64,000 nucleotides of DNA from Azolla caroliniana (lineage: Eukaryota; Plantae; Polypodiophyta), in assembly GCA_043228905.1 (NCBI GenBank), contig JBHGNT010000011.1, positions 12,648,001-12,712,000 on the forward strand, read 5' to 3'. Below are positions 44,181 through 58,097 of the stretch, piece after piece (the first letter of the stretch is position 1; each line of letters starts with the position of its first letter). The notes below the pieces were generated by a model. That model was not told where the DNA came from. It saw only the letters and a program-made list of their open reading frames with translations, and did no database searches. Position numbers and translations under genes: made by a program.

Positions 44181-45102
44181 ATGTACGTGCGGAAGAAGTG
44201 TGGAGAAGCCATCTTGTCGAAGCTCGCCTCCCTCACAAACGTCCGTCCTCCTTTCTCCGCCTCTGTGTCCATGGCCACCTCTCCTGATTCTTCTGCTTCT
44301 TCTCTCCAGCAAACAAACAAACGTTTCAAAGGTCAGAAGACATACTGCAAACTCCCCTTTTAATTTTTGCTTTTATTTCTTTTTATTCCTGCAACTATCT
44401 TGAATGGTAAACTATATATATATGCACACACACACACATATGCGCATGTTAAATTTTTATCGGTTTCATTTTAAATTCTCTTTTCTATTGTAGCTGCTGG
44501 GTGCAATAATCTATTTCGTTCTTTGAGAAATGACAGAATGAATCGTGTTTCTGCCTAATTTTTGTTTTTATGTATGTTTTGAATTGAATGAAAAGAAATA
44601 TATTTTGCTGATCGACAATTTTGTACATGAAATGAATGAAATAATTCCTCGAGATAAGGACCATCTCTTATGTTAATTCAACATTATGATTCATTCTCTA
44701 TAAAATAAGAGCAATCTCTTGTATTAATTCAACAACTTGTCTCTTTCCAAGTCTTCGTTGTGTTCCACTTCCTTAATTATTGTTTAATAGTTTTGTTTTT
44801 ACTCCCTCATTGATATGATACAAAGATGATAAAATTAGGACAGATTTAATCAAGAAGCTTATACAAAAATGATAAAATTAGCACAGACAACACTCACACA
44901 TGATTTGTTTCTTTGTTTATATTTCTATTTTTCGCATGATTTGAGTGAAATAGTTGCCTTTTGTTTTCTGCACTGAGAAAAGAAAAAGATGACATGAAGA
45001 AATTAGCAGGTTGTTCATCAAGCCTGAACATCATTTTTGTGAGGAATTTTATTCTGGTTCTCTCTATTCTTATTATCTACTGACTTATGTAAAAGGAGAA
45101 TA

Positions 45103-45133
<31 letters not shown>

Positions 45134-48100
45134 GTGCATATCTTCCTTTGATATAACAAGATGAGGGATTACCTTATACTTCGACAAACCTGTAACGATG
45201 TTTACTTTGAGAAATTTCAGATTTTCTTCACGACTCTGGGTGATCAAGTGAAAAATACGTGTCTTTCTTTTTGTTTTGTACATAACGATGAAGAGATTTA
45301 TCAGGTGCTTCAGCATACCCCAACAACTTGTCTGTGAGAAATTTTGGTTCGGAGGATGCATCGAGTGTTGGGGAAAGAAAGCCGAAGAAGACTCCACGAC
45401 ATCTTCCTGTTCGCAATCTCTCGTCCTATCATTCAAGCAATACATGCTTCTTACAGGTATTTAGATTCGTAGAATTTTCTTCTGAAATAATAAAGTGCCT
45501 CCAAGACAACCCCCCCAAAGAAAAAAAGGTTTCCTGAGTTTTTTTTGCAACTTTTCTTTCTATAAAATCCCTTTAAGCTTTGCAACTGGAAAGTAGGGAT
45601 GCCTCAATATTTACTTCCAGTATTATTAGAAAAACATCGCTAAATTTTGAACTTGGATAGTGAAGTGCCTCTAAATGAGATTCTTAGCCTAAAATACATA
45701 CTCTAAAATATCTCAATATGAGTAAAAGAAGATTAGTTTCTTTCTATACCAGCTTCTTAGATTAAATGTCTTGAAATGTAATAATGACTCGTGAATAATC
45801 ATTAAATCATGTTTTTCAATTCCTGGTCATTGGAATTGAAATTACTGCCTTCTGAAATATCCATAATGGGGTGATCCAGTATAGAAAGGTGGGTAGAGAT
45901 AACTTTAACTTATGAATTGTTTTTAGGTGAGTTTGGCGTGATTTGCAGTCAACTATAATTGAAAGATCATCTTTCAAAATAAGATATAAATTATGAGATG
46001 TTTTAAACTAGATCATTTCAAAATCAAAAGTAAGATAAGATATATCTAAATTATGAGATGTTTTAAATTAGTCTTTAATTATGAAATATTTTAAGATAAA
46101 ATTGTCATATTTGCGTTAATCAAAAGTCACCTTTCAATTTTCAGATTGGATTTATAGAGTAATACCTTTAAAGCATGATGTTGTTTGAATAAAAACCTTT
46201 GTACTTGTGCTGTTCAAAATTCGCCTTCAAATTCTGAACTGCAAATATGGATACCTATAAGTATGAGATGTTTTACGGCAGGGAAAATTACCAATATACC
46301 ATTGCTATTTGAGAATATTTCCCAAATTCCATCCACAATTACAAAGTTGCCATCAATTAAAGAGGAAGTATATTACAAAAAGATTTAAATGAATTATGCG
46401 TTTTGTGGGGGATAGGGCATGTTGTAATTTTCTTATTTCTTCATTTTCCTTGTCTATGAGGGATTATTAATAATGTTCATGTAAACCTGAGATAGAATAA
46501 ATACTATTTCGAATTTAGAGTACTCAAAGTGTGGTATTGAATGGGCAGATTTTCGGAACTGGATTTGACACTGGAGATACAGTACCGACTGTGTTGCTAT
46601 TTTTTGATCAACATCGGTTTATCTTCAATGCTGGAGAGGTGTGCATTTTCTAATAATTGGGTACAAACCAATGCTTGCACTTCCTGATATTCATAAATGT
46701 TGTCATTCCCTAGTTTTGTTTTTCAAGTGTGGCATTGCATTTGGATCTTGAACTATGAGATTCATATTCATTGGAGCATTTTTGAAGCTCATGAGATTCC
46801 TCTCTCGTAGGCTAATTCTAATCTCAAGTTGATGTTCCAACCCAATCCTTGCACAAATTTCTCTCATCGTCACACTGCACTCTCAATTGCGCGATTCATT
46901 ACTAAAGTACTTGAACGTCAAGAGTCACTATTCATTTTCACATGTATTACATGAAAACACTATATTTTTGGTCTCATGCCTCATATTTGACCTCCGAAGG
47001 CAATTAAAAAGTCAATCTATTTGTATCTCACACGTGTATATATATACATGCCTTTACATAGTTCGTAATTTTAAATAAAAGAGGGAGTATGAGAAACAAA
47101 GAACATGCAGTGTATACATGTACAAGAAGTGAGGAACTTGAAAACATGTTAAGGAGTATCCAAACAGTAAAGACATATTGACTGATTTCTAGAATCTATG
47201 CAAGGATACGATAGTGTAAAGGATAGCTCTGTGCAATCATTGACAGATATTTTTGGGGTTGCATTTCCTAGTGAACTGAAAAAGTGAAATTCTTGCTCAT
47301 CTGAAATTAATTCATTCGGAGCCTTTACATTCTTCTAAGCTTTTAATTGATACAATACATGGAAAATGTTTTAAAAAAGACATACGATTTTCGTTTCTAT
47401 TTCATACATTAAATGCTCTACATTCCACTGAATTGTCTTTTTAAGCATACATGAATTGTTTTTTGCAAGGTTTTGTAAAATTTTAAAGTATATTAGGGTT
47501 CATATTTTTGCCATGAATGTTGAATTAATGATCTAGGAATAATGGTTTTTTCAAGGGCATTACAGACTCATGGTTTATTTACTTTTTTAGATGCTGTGCT
47601 TATTAGTTAGAATGTACACTTTAGGGGATATTGTAAAGACTTTTCTAGTTGACTTCTTTGTTCTTGGGATTTCTGTGCTGAAAACTACTGCACTTGTATA
47701 TCAGGGCATTCAAAGATATTGCACGGAGCATCGAATCAAGTTGTCGAAGGTATTGTCTTAGCTTTAATATTTTATTTCTATATTATAATTTTGAAGATAT
47801 TGATTTTGATTTCACCTTGTAGCAAAGGTCTGTTATTCATATTGGCAACTCTTTAATAAATTACATGTCCCACCCATCATATTGAATGCAGGTAGATACC
47901 TCAATGCGATTTACGTGTAGAGTAGCCACATCACTATTTTATGTAGTTTTGGCTAGTTGGATTGATTTTGGACTCATTATGCATGCCACTTTTTCATCCT
48001 GGGTTGATGTACAGTAGCCACATCACTATTTTATATAGTTTTGGCTAGTTGGATTGATTGGTCTGACTCATTATGCATGCCACTGTTTCACCCTGGGTTA

Positions 48101-51100
48101 ATGTTGCACAGCATGTATTTCTTACATTTGAATATTTCTGTCTTCTAGTTGGAAGGGAATTGTAAAGTGGTTATAGCCTGCAAAATATTTTAAGCTCTAA
48201 AGCCATGTTGGAAGAACACTAAAGTCCTTTTGATTGGGTATCACCACAAAGGAGACTCCCCTGGGGCTGCACTGCAAATCTGTAATTCCAAATCATTGAG
48301 GGAATAAGCAGAACCATGCGTGTTTAGTGACCGCTTAACTCAAATTCTGATCTCTATTGTGGACAGGCGCTACCATATTTTCTTGGAATAGCTTGATAAA
48401 CTTGAAACTGATTGCTCCAGAGGATATTCACTCATGCATTATTTCTCTTTGTTGAAGGGGTTTTTAGTATATGACATGATGCCTTAATTATTTATTTTCT
48501 TGAAAACATGATACATGATTAAATGTTATAATAGCTTGCAGGCAATGAATGCCAGGATTTTAGCTGTTCTGGATCAGTATAAAATTATAACCATGCATTT
48601 CTGTATATTATTGCTGAACATGATGATTATGTTTTGCTAATACATAATTACAATCTCTGTTGTCAAATACTCACAGAAGACAATAATATTGTTTTACAGA
48701 AAACTATTTTTTTTATGGGAATACTGTTTGCAGATTGACCATATCTTTCTGACTCGAATCTGCTCAGAGACAACTGGGGGTCTTCCAGGTGTTTGTTTCA
48801 GAAGAGATTCATTTCAAGTATCATGTCTTACTTGCTGTTAACCATACACATTTTCTGGAATGCAGGACTTCTTCTTACATTGGCTGGGATAGGTGATTCT
48901 GGCATGGCTGTAAGTACTGACTGCTTTGCTCAATGTATCTTTCATTTTGAACTACATCTGCCGCAGCCATGTGATTCTTGTATGAACTAACATATTTTGT
49001 ATTATACTCTCTAATCTCAATATGCAACAAAGAATAGTCTGTCTTTTAATGTCTTAAGTTGGGTTCAAAATAATGGATGGATGGATGTATAAGTGTACAA
49101 GGGCCTCTTACATATGGAAAATTGTCTAATATATAGTTTGTAATTATGTCCAGACACAAAAATGAGGGTGGAAAACTGAAATAGTGGATGCATTGATTAT
49201 AAATAAGCTCACCATCCAGGATTTAAGCCTGCACCTTTGAAAAAAGTAGAAACGGGATTCTCCATAAATATTTGTTGTAAAAATGACTTTAGACATTCAT
49301 ATGTTGATGAACACAAACCTTCACCACATTCAGACATTTGCGTACACTTGGGTATAAACAATTATAGATCAGGGCTATATAGGTTATTTTCATGTTACTC
49401 AGGTTTAGATGAGATTCTGGAATTGGATTTTTTTCTTAATGGATTGAAGAGTGTCTGTAGAGGGGGAAATGGCTACATTTTCTGCATCCCTGATTATGAA
49501 CATTGAATATTAAAACCAAAATAAACATGTTTGGAACTAATATTGGTTTCTGATCGTTTTCCAGTAATATTCTTTAATCTGGAATCCGCTTCTCATGAAT
49601 TAAATAACATGATTGTTATGGTGAATACATATCATCAAGAATACATGTACTAGCTCAAAAAGTACTATACAACATAAGTAGATTTTCCATGACAGGATAT
49701 CTACCAAGAAACTAATGAATGATGAGACGATGTACACTGATCGTAATGATTGTATGCAGTTATTTTTATCATTATCCTCATTCACTGGGTTGGGATGATG
49801 AATCATAGGTCTTTGATGTTGTATTCTGCAATAAGATCAAGAGCCATATCAACACCACCCAGAATATCACCAATAGGAACTTCACTATTGAACTTAATGA
49901 CTACATTGAAGATCTCTGTTGTATCCATGTCCACAGGCATGCTCACCTCTGCCAGATTTCGTGTAGATTGGAAAGAAATACAAAAATAGGAAAAGACATA
50001 ACCTTTGCCATTTTTGTTAAAATAAATAAATTTAGAAGCGACAAATTGATGCAAACATCATTTTGCAATTTAAAACAGTTTTTGTTTTACAGAAAAGCAT
50101 ATTATGCTGCCTATTTCACATTTAATTACAAAGACCTTTCTACTTATTTTCCTTGCTTGTCAATAACCACCACTTAACCAGACTTGGTGTTGGAAATCTT
50201 AAAGTTATCAGAGCTTGAGCTTCATATGCATTGACTCGAGTATAATATCTCCAATGGGTATGTTTTTCCTGAGGGTCTTTATTTGCAGTGCAGGCCCAAA
50301 TTTGTGGACCAGGGGAATTCCAGAACCTTGTTAATGCCATTGGCAGCTTTGTACCAAATGCTGCCACAGTTTATACCCACAGTTTTGGTCATGGAGAAAA
50401 TGTTGCATCAACACCAATTGTCCTGGTAGACAATGAGTTGGTCAAAATATCTGCTGTAGTAGTATGTCCACAGCCTGGAACTGATGTCAACTTGAAGGAA
50501 AGAACAAGTAATAATGTTTCAGCTGTATATATTTGCGAACTGCCACAAGTATTGGGAAAGTTTGATCCAAAAAAAGCTATTGCAAAAGGTCTGAAACCTG
50601 GACTCAAGTATGGGAAGTTGCAGAAAGGAGAAGCTGTAGTCTCAGACCATAGCAGTGAAATGGTAATCTTGTCAACAATTTCAAAATTTTGGGGGTTCCT
50701 TTGGCGATGTTTTTGACTTGTATATTCTATGTGCAGGTATACCCGGAAGATGTTTTGGGACCTTCAAGTCCTGGGCCTATTATGATTCTGGTTGATTGTC
50801 CAACAGTAGCATACATTTCTGCGTTAACTTCAACTTCAAATCTCAAGCCATTTTACTCAGGATCAGGGAAAATTGTCAATTGTGTTGTACATTTGAGCCC
50901 TTCTTCTGTTACCAACTGTATAGAGTATCGTGGTTGGATGCGAAAATTCAAGGAAGCTCATCACATCATGGCTGGGCGACATGGGTACGTTTATTTGTTC
51001 TATTGACTTTGCTTAGTTCTGCAAGTGTTCTGCATTGAATTTAAATGCTCTGGGATACAGGGAAGACCCTGGAAGACCCATTCTGAAGTCAAGTGCTAGA

Positions 51101-54100
51101 CTTTTAGCAAAACTAAACTATATATGTCCTGACGTGTTTCCAATAAATGGATTTCTTTCTGGAAAGGATGAGAGCGGAACAAGTGAACAGGTAAATATAT
51201 TCTTTCATCAAGATCTCACATCCTCTCACATTTTCTCCCCTTACAAATCCCATTTTACTCTTTGTCATTTTGAAATTCTGCATTTATATTCTTCTGTCAT
51301 TTTACATTTTTTAAAGAATTTCCGTATAAATATCTTCACAAACGTCTTTCAGGACTTTTCAGAGTTTATGCCAGAAATCGTAGCAGAAAATCTACTCAAG
51401 GTACTCTGATTATTTTTGTTATCAATTGTTGCTTGATATATATATATATCTTGTATATCATATTTTCAATAGGCTTCCATGATATAACATGGAAAGTCTG
51501 TCGATTTGGATTTTTTTTAATATGTAGTTTATTTCAAAGTGTTTATGAGTACATTTATGGGTACTTAGAACTATGTTCACACCAAAGCTTTCATAGTATA
51601 CACATTAAGTGTAACAGAAACAACAAAGACTGAATTTCTGAAGTTATATATAATCAATTTGCGAACTTCAAACTTTTAAGGAAAGGTGTCATTGTAATCT
51701 CCAGGTTTGAGTTTTGTGATTTTAAAATGTTTGGAGATCTTTTTAATATCATAAGTCACATAGTACTAACAGAATGTGTTCCAGGGGAGGGTGCAAACTA
51801 TTCCAATCTCCAAATTACAAATCTTTGCACACTTGTTTTGTTCATTTCTTAGCATCATTTAAGATTGTGCCTCGGTGGTTTAGTTAAAACTGCTTAAAGA
51901 AAAATAATGAAGCTCCAAAAGAGGTTCTAATATATGTCTTAGCATCACCCATTCTCATTGTAGACATCAGAATCACTTGTTTTTCGACTGGGTTTATTTT
52001 TAGACAAATTTTCTGAGTCTCATTTAGAGATTCATGCCTCTCTCTATATATGTCCATCTACCTATCTATCCATATCTGTTTCCCATTTGCTGAATGAAAT
52101 TCCATGTTTCACATTTCTCTGAGGAACTAATATGAAGTTCCATGCTCTTTATGTCAGTATGGTATGTATTTCCCTTTAATGTGAGCCTCCCCCTAAGAGG
52201 CATTCAATTACTCAATTTGTTTCTGAAAGACCTAACACATGATCTGCAATCCACCCATTTTCATCTGATGTCCTCAATCTCACTTTATATGGAAGCAATA
52301 TATGTGCTCCATTCTCGTCTGAGTTCAGATCCGTGAACATAAAATTTGTCTGTAATCCATAGAGGACAAATGGATCAAATGTAAACAAATCTAATGGCGG
52401 TGCTAGTGGGCTCTAAAATTCCTCAACCTGTCAAGCTTCAAGACATTTGACAATTTTTAAATTTGACTTCAAATAGTTTCAATTCAAGGCTCACTTTAGG
52501 ACAGCTTAAATGTTGTCACTGGCAATTTACAACATTCTATTCAACTTATCAATCTTTTTTTTTTACCAGTGTTTATAATAACTCTTTCAATTCGGAACAT
52601 GATATAATTAATTACATCTGATTTGACCCACAACTCATGGGGCCTTCTCTACCCGTCGAGAAGGCCCTTTCCTCAATCCGTCGAGGTGGTATGTTGTGGT
52701 TCCAATCAAGGAACCCCTTAACACATTGGATGTGTTACATCTCCCCCCCCCCTTTTGAAGAAGGCGTTGGAATGTAGGGTTTGAACCCATGACCTTCTGG
52801 TCTCCATTGGGTAACCTTAGCAACTGAGCTACATCCACCTCCGCTCTGATACCCTTCTTTTTTATTGTGTTGTGGTTCCAATCATGGAACCCCTCAACAC
52901 AGCGGATGTGCGACAATGGGTGCCTTCTCTACCTGTCGATAAGGCCCTCACCTCAATCCGTTGGGGTGGTCTGTTGTGGTTCTGATAAAAAACTCATATT
53001 CTTGAAATCAATGGTATTGGCTTGGAACTTTATATTTAACATGATCAATTATACTGATTTCATCTTTTTTGTGTTGTTGAACTTTGTTTGGTTGAGTCTT
53101 TCTTTACTTCTATCAATACAAACATGAAAGTAAAAACATACTTTTCTGTAGCATGTACACCTCTCATTTATTTCTCTGACCTGCATTATGTCTGGTATTG
53201 TGTAGTTTCATTTTAGACCCCTTGCAACACTTGGTCTGGACAAGTCTTGTGTACCCGAAAGCTTTGACATGCTTGCTACACAGAAAGAGTTTTCAAGTGA
53301 ATCACCTGAAATTTTAGAAGCAAAAGATTATCTTTCACAAGTTTGGAGACAAGATTTTTCATCACCAGGTCTCAATGCATTCAAGTCTTTGTGTTTTGTC
53401 CCACATGTTTTAGATGATAACAAGGCTAAGAAATATGTTTATTTTGTCAGACCTGGATGAAAACATCCAAGTGATTCCTGAGTGTGTACGAAATGCTACT
53501 AGGGAAGAAATGGAGATGGTTTTTCTTGGTACCGGATCTTCCCAACCATCAAAGTATCGAAATGTCAGTGCTATATATGTGCATCTTTTTGGAAAGGGAG
53601 GAATTCTTTTAGACTGTGGGGAAGGCACATATGCACAGCTAAAAAGACGGTACATGGATTATTATCTTTACTTCTCAACATGGTTTTTCAATATGATAAT
53701 TCACTAAAAGAGCTTTTTATGGCAGGTATGGTGGGAAGGGAGCTGATGATGTCCTCTTAAATATACAGTGTATTTGGATTTCTCATATTCATGCTGATCA
53801 TCATTCAGGGCTTCCTCGTGTTCTTTCTGCACGTAAAAAACTCGTGCAACACTGTTCTACTAGTCCAATACTTGTCATTGGTCCAAGGCAATTAAAAAGA
53901 TTCCTTGATGCCTATGCAATTATCGAAGACCTTGACATGGTGTTTTTAGATTCCAGTCAAACTACTGCAATTGCTGAAAAGGCTGCAGAAGAGCTGATAA
54001 TGAAAGAAACGGGTGATCCTCAGGATGTTCGTGAAAGTAATACCAATAGGAAGGATCAAGGTTTTCATTTCCAACAAGGTGTGGATGTGGCAGGACGACG

Positions 54101-54982
54101 TATTTTGAAGAATGTTCTGCATGCTATGGGTCTCCGAAGTTGTGTGAGCATACAAGTGGTTCATTGTCTTAATGCATACGGGATAGTTTTAGAATCACAA
54201 CCCAAGCAGGAGAATGGAGGGAATGTAAAACCAGGTTGGAAGCTTGTTTACTCGGGAGATACAAGACCTTGTGAAGCAATGGTTGAAGCTTCGATTGGAG
54301 CTACGGTTTTAATACATGAGGTGAGCTTCTGACATTTTGTGTTCCTTTCCATTCTACTCCCTTTTAGCGGTGGTTTTCGTGAGGCCAAACCTTGGGTTGT
54401 TGCAAATTGAAAATTCTGTTTTAGCATTCTATTAATTAAGATTATGCTGTTTCCAACTCTTTGGGGTTGTGGAATATAATTTTGTTAATCCTTTTTGCTA
54501 AGAGAAAGTATCATTATATCCAAATTCAAAATGTTGTCCCTTTTGCCAGTGACCACAACAGTAGACTTGTAAACTATGACATTATAATGTTTTTTAAGCG
54601 TAACCTCGACTACTACTTCATCCAATTGATATATTCTAATAAATGTAATGACTTTTTTTCTTCTTTTTTTCTGATAACGCAGGCAACTTTTGATGATAGC
54701 ATGCCTGTTGAAGCGATCATGAAAAATCATAGTACGACAAAAGAAGCAATAGAAGTTGCAAAATCTGCTGGAGTGTATCGAGTCATTCTCACACATTTCA
54801 GTCAACGTTACCCAAAAATTCCTATTTTGAGTGACAACTATACAAGCCATGCTTGTATTGCATTCGATATGATGAGTGTAAACTTGGTGGATTTGCCGTT
54901 AATACCAAGGTTACTACCTGCCTTCAAAACACTTTTCAGAGATGAAATGTTACTGGATGATGACATAGAAATGGTAGCTTGA
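44181..54982 (+). CDS. TRZ: tRNase Z, long form (RNase Z-L / ELAC2-like, Arabidopsis TRZ3/TRZ4 type), 14 exons, 862 aa
   Basis: GT-AG exons in consistent phase: 44181-44331, 45305-45456, 46549-46638, 47705-47749, 48734-48788, 48866-48909, 50294-50662, 50737-50984, 51061-51190, 51353-51400, 53206-53368, 53451-53649, 53726-54320, 54683-54982 (2589 nt). Motifs [12 protein letters not shown], flexible arm [68 protein letters not shown]. Confidence 0.95.
47921..48099. repeat. ~92-bp tandem duplication in tRNase Z intron 4
   Basis: agtagccacatcactattttat.tagttttggctagttggattgatt...gactcattatgcatgccact x2. Confidence 0.9.
52635..52985 (-). mobile_element. tRNA-derived SINE-like element in tRNase Z intron 10
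   Basis: Minus strand ~52838-52768: GTGGATGTAGCTCAGTTG (A box) ... GGGTTCAAACCC (B box) TACATTCC. Flanked by duplicated segments 52641-52725 and 52868-52983. Confidence 0.6.
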
Positions 54983-56997
54983 AATAAAAGCAACCTGGGG
55001 TTGAAGAGAATAGAAGGATATCGAATGATCCAAGAAAAGGCGTTGATATGACTAGATTGAAGGCAAGTTGAAGCTAAAGAATTCTTCAAGATATCTGGGC
55101 CATTAAAGAATCTGTGTGAGTTTTCCAAAGACATTCCATCTAGATCTTAGGAGAAAAAATGAGGATTTTTTCTCACTTCATGCAGGTCTCCATTTATCAC
55201 ACATGATTCGAGTATGTTAAACTTAGTGGGAGGTTACCCATGTCAGAATTTAATAACTTCTGTTTAATGCTATCACCTTTTTTTTACTAGCTTCAGTCTT
55301 GGAGCGTACATAGGTCAGCCTATAGAAATTTCACAAATTGATAAGTGTGCCATGGTGAGTTGTGAAATGGTCAGTATAATGCTGTAGAATATGGTCCAGC
55401 GTGCAATTTAAAATCTGCAACATGGCGATTGCAAGACATGTATGCACAGATGGAGAGAACAAGTTGAAAATCTTAATTACAGTTTTTTCAACTATGCTAC
55501 TAGATAATTGATGAGATCTACTTTTTGGTTCTGATTTTGGTGCCTTACTCTCGGCCTTCAATGTGTTTCTTTGATTGCTTTGTATTGTACGATGAAATCA
55601 TTGCATTATTGACTCATGTAGTACATTTGCACAAAATTTATACCACAATTGGCATGAGTATGTATTGGACGGTTGGGAGATCAGATGTCTTCATGGTTCT
55701 TTGTTGTAAGATAGCTAGTCTTTGTAGTAGCTGCTCAAGTGCATCATAGTCATCCTCACCCTTCAGTTATGTTGTTGGTAATCATAGGAACGAAATCATG
55801 AGCATCATTTATTATTGTCAATCATGCCCAATATGTATTCCTTGAGGGCCCAACACTTCATTTCTCCATGATTGCATGTGTTCTTGAATCCATAATATGC
55901 TCTCTCATCTGGACTGCAAAGAAAGCATCAAAATTTGATGACGATGGTACTTCTTGGAGGGTGGTAGGTCATCGGAATGGAGTGATGTGATGCTAGGAAG
56001 GTTGGGCTTTGGTGTTGATATATTTGTATTTAGTGCTTGTGTTTTTCAATGAAGCTATTGTTTGCTTGATCCATCAAAGTTGTTGGTTTGATGCCAACTA
56101 ACAGCATTAAAGGTGGGTGGATGGAAGGTTTCCCTAAACAAGTGGGGGGGTAGTCATAACATCTTCAATGTTTGTGTACGAGTTGTGGAAATTTGTTGGT
56201 CTATGTTCTCCGATACAAGACTTCGTAGAGTGTATGTGGTATTGATGAGGAGTGTTGGTTGATTTGCTCACTTCAAGTGAAATTAACTAATTATGTTCAC
56301 TATATTTGGAGGAACGATCATCATGGTTGCCAAGTGTTGTGGTGGAGCAACGATGTCATGAGTATGTTTGTATACCATTTGTGTCTTGGGATGGATTTGA
56401 TTGCTATCATTGGTTGTAACAATTTTGACACGAGAATGCACTTTTTGTGGAAGAAGGGGCAACAATACGACAATTGAGGAGATGGTTGTTCCATGATAGG
56501 ACAATAATTAATCACTAACTCGATGGTGGTTGCTACTTGACATGAGTTGACAATGCAATAGACTAATATAGAGGCCATAAAATACATGTAATTGAACTTT
56601 GATCATTTAACCAATAAGATATATGCGTGATAAGATAATCAACTTTTTAAAACATAGTATAAAGGGGCGACAAATCAATAGATAATAATTATGTTAGGAT
56701 GAAAGGTAGCTTGACTACAACGGAGTCAAGTGCTCCAATAGTTTTTGCAGAATGACTTCCTAGTCTACTCTCTCTCTCTCTCTCTTTCTTATCGTAATTG
56801 TTAGCACTACAAGCACTGCGTTGTGGGTTCAAAACCCAACTTCCTCACCTCTCTATTATATACTTCTTATATATATATATATATCCCCGAAGACGATAAT
56901 ATAATCTATCTATCTATCTCCATGCCCCCCCCACTCCCCCCTGCTTCTAAAGAAAGACTATTGTTGCCATTTCATAGTTCTTCATAGAACTTTTCTC

Positions 56998-57211
56998 ATG
57001 ATTGGAAGATCTAGCTTCATTCTAATTCAATATGATTTTTCTTATGATTGGAGGATCGATCTTAGTTCTAATTCCAAATTACTTCTTTCATGATTGGAGA
57101 ATCTATCTTCGTTCTAATTCAATATGACTTTTGTTATGATTGGAGGATCTATCTTACTTCTAATTCCATATGACTTCTATCATGATCGGTGGATCTATCT
57201 TCGTTCTAATT
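56998..57211. repeat. 46-bp minisatellite, ~4.7 copies
   Basis: atgattggaRgatctatcttcgttctaattcMatatgactt unit repeated. Confidence 0.9.
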
Positions 57212-57666
57212 CTCTAATCCTATATATGGACGCTTTGTACCTACTTGTACTTTCTTCGTAGTACACACTTATTTTATATCCAATTCCTTTTTAAGTGTAG
57301 ATGTCTCATGTTCTATATACAATATCCATTGCCAACACAAGTGAAAATGTGCACAATGTCATGTTTATGCAACATAGGGTGTTTGTTGATGACAACAATG
57401 GTTGCTAGATAATGGAAGAATACTAATATATACTTAAGAAGTTTGATAATAGATTCCATATTCCATCTATTGTCTTGCATCTATGCATATTAAATTGGGC
57501 GGTGGAAGTATATCATCAATTTTAGGATAATGTCAACTTGACTAATACGTTATCCTATTTTAGAATGCCATATTGTTGCTATTCTCATCATCATATATTT
57601 GGCATACCAAGCTCTTGTTACATAAAATTTTAATTTGTTGAGTTTGAACCATGTGAATTCATCTAA

Positions 57667-58097
57667 CAATCGGCAACGGTTCGGTTCGAGAGGGTCCAAA
57701 CCGTTTAATTTTTTTGAAACCTGAACCAAACTGAACCGAACCATGAAACCGTTAAACCATTTTCAAAACGTTAAACCATTAAACCGTAAAAACCACAGTT
57801 TCGTGGTTTGGTTTCAATTTTCAACATAGGTCAAAATTTTCAATATTATAAAATTTTTTAAATTTATAATATTTCATTTTTTTAAATTTTAAATTTTTTT
57901 AAGGTGTTCCTAAAATGTGAGAATAAGGTCTAAAAACGAAAGGATTGTTTAAAAACAATTTTTATAAATTTTTTATAAAATTTATTTTTTTAAAACAAAA
58001 AACCGTTTAACCATTTAAACCGTGGTTTCTGGTTGTTAAAACCGAACCGAACCATTGAAACTGTTAAGCTGCAGTATCGCGGTTTGGTTGCCGATTA
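57667..58097. mobile_element. non-autonomous TIR element (MITE) with AACCG subterminal repeats
   Basis: TIR CAATCGGCAAC / GTTGCCGATTA. Flanks TTCATCTAA / TTCATCTTA (9 bp, 1 mismatch, or a 5-bp CATCT if the TIR is 2 nt longer), so the superfamily is unresolved. Confidence 0.75.

Noticed and set aside
52768-52838. Functional tRNA gene
   Set aside because: No convincing D or anticodon arm, and it lies inside a repeat, so it is treated as SINE-like.
44181-54982. Functional link between the tRNase Z gene and the tRNA-like motifs of the neighbouring retrotransposons
   Set aside because: Only proximity supports it. The gene is an ordinary housekeeping locus outside the elements.
56998-57211. CRISPR-like array
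   Set aside because: No unique spacers, eukaryotic context and no cas genes.
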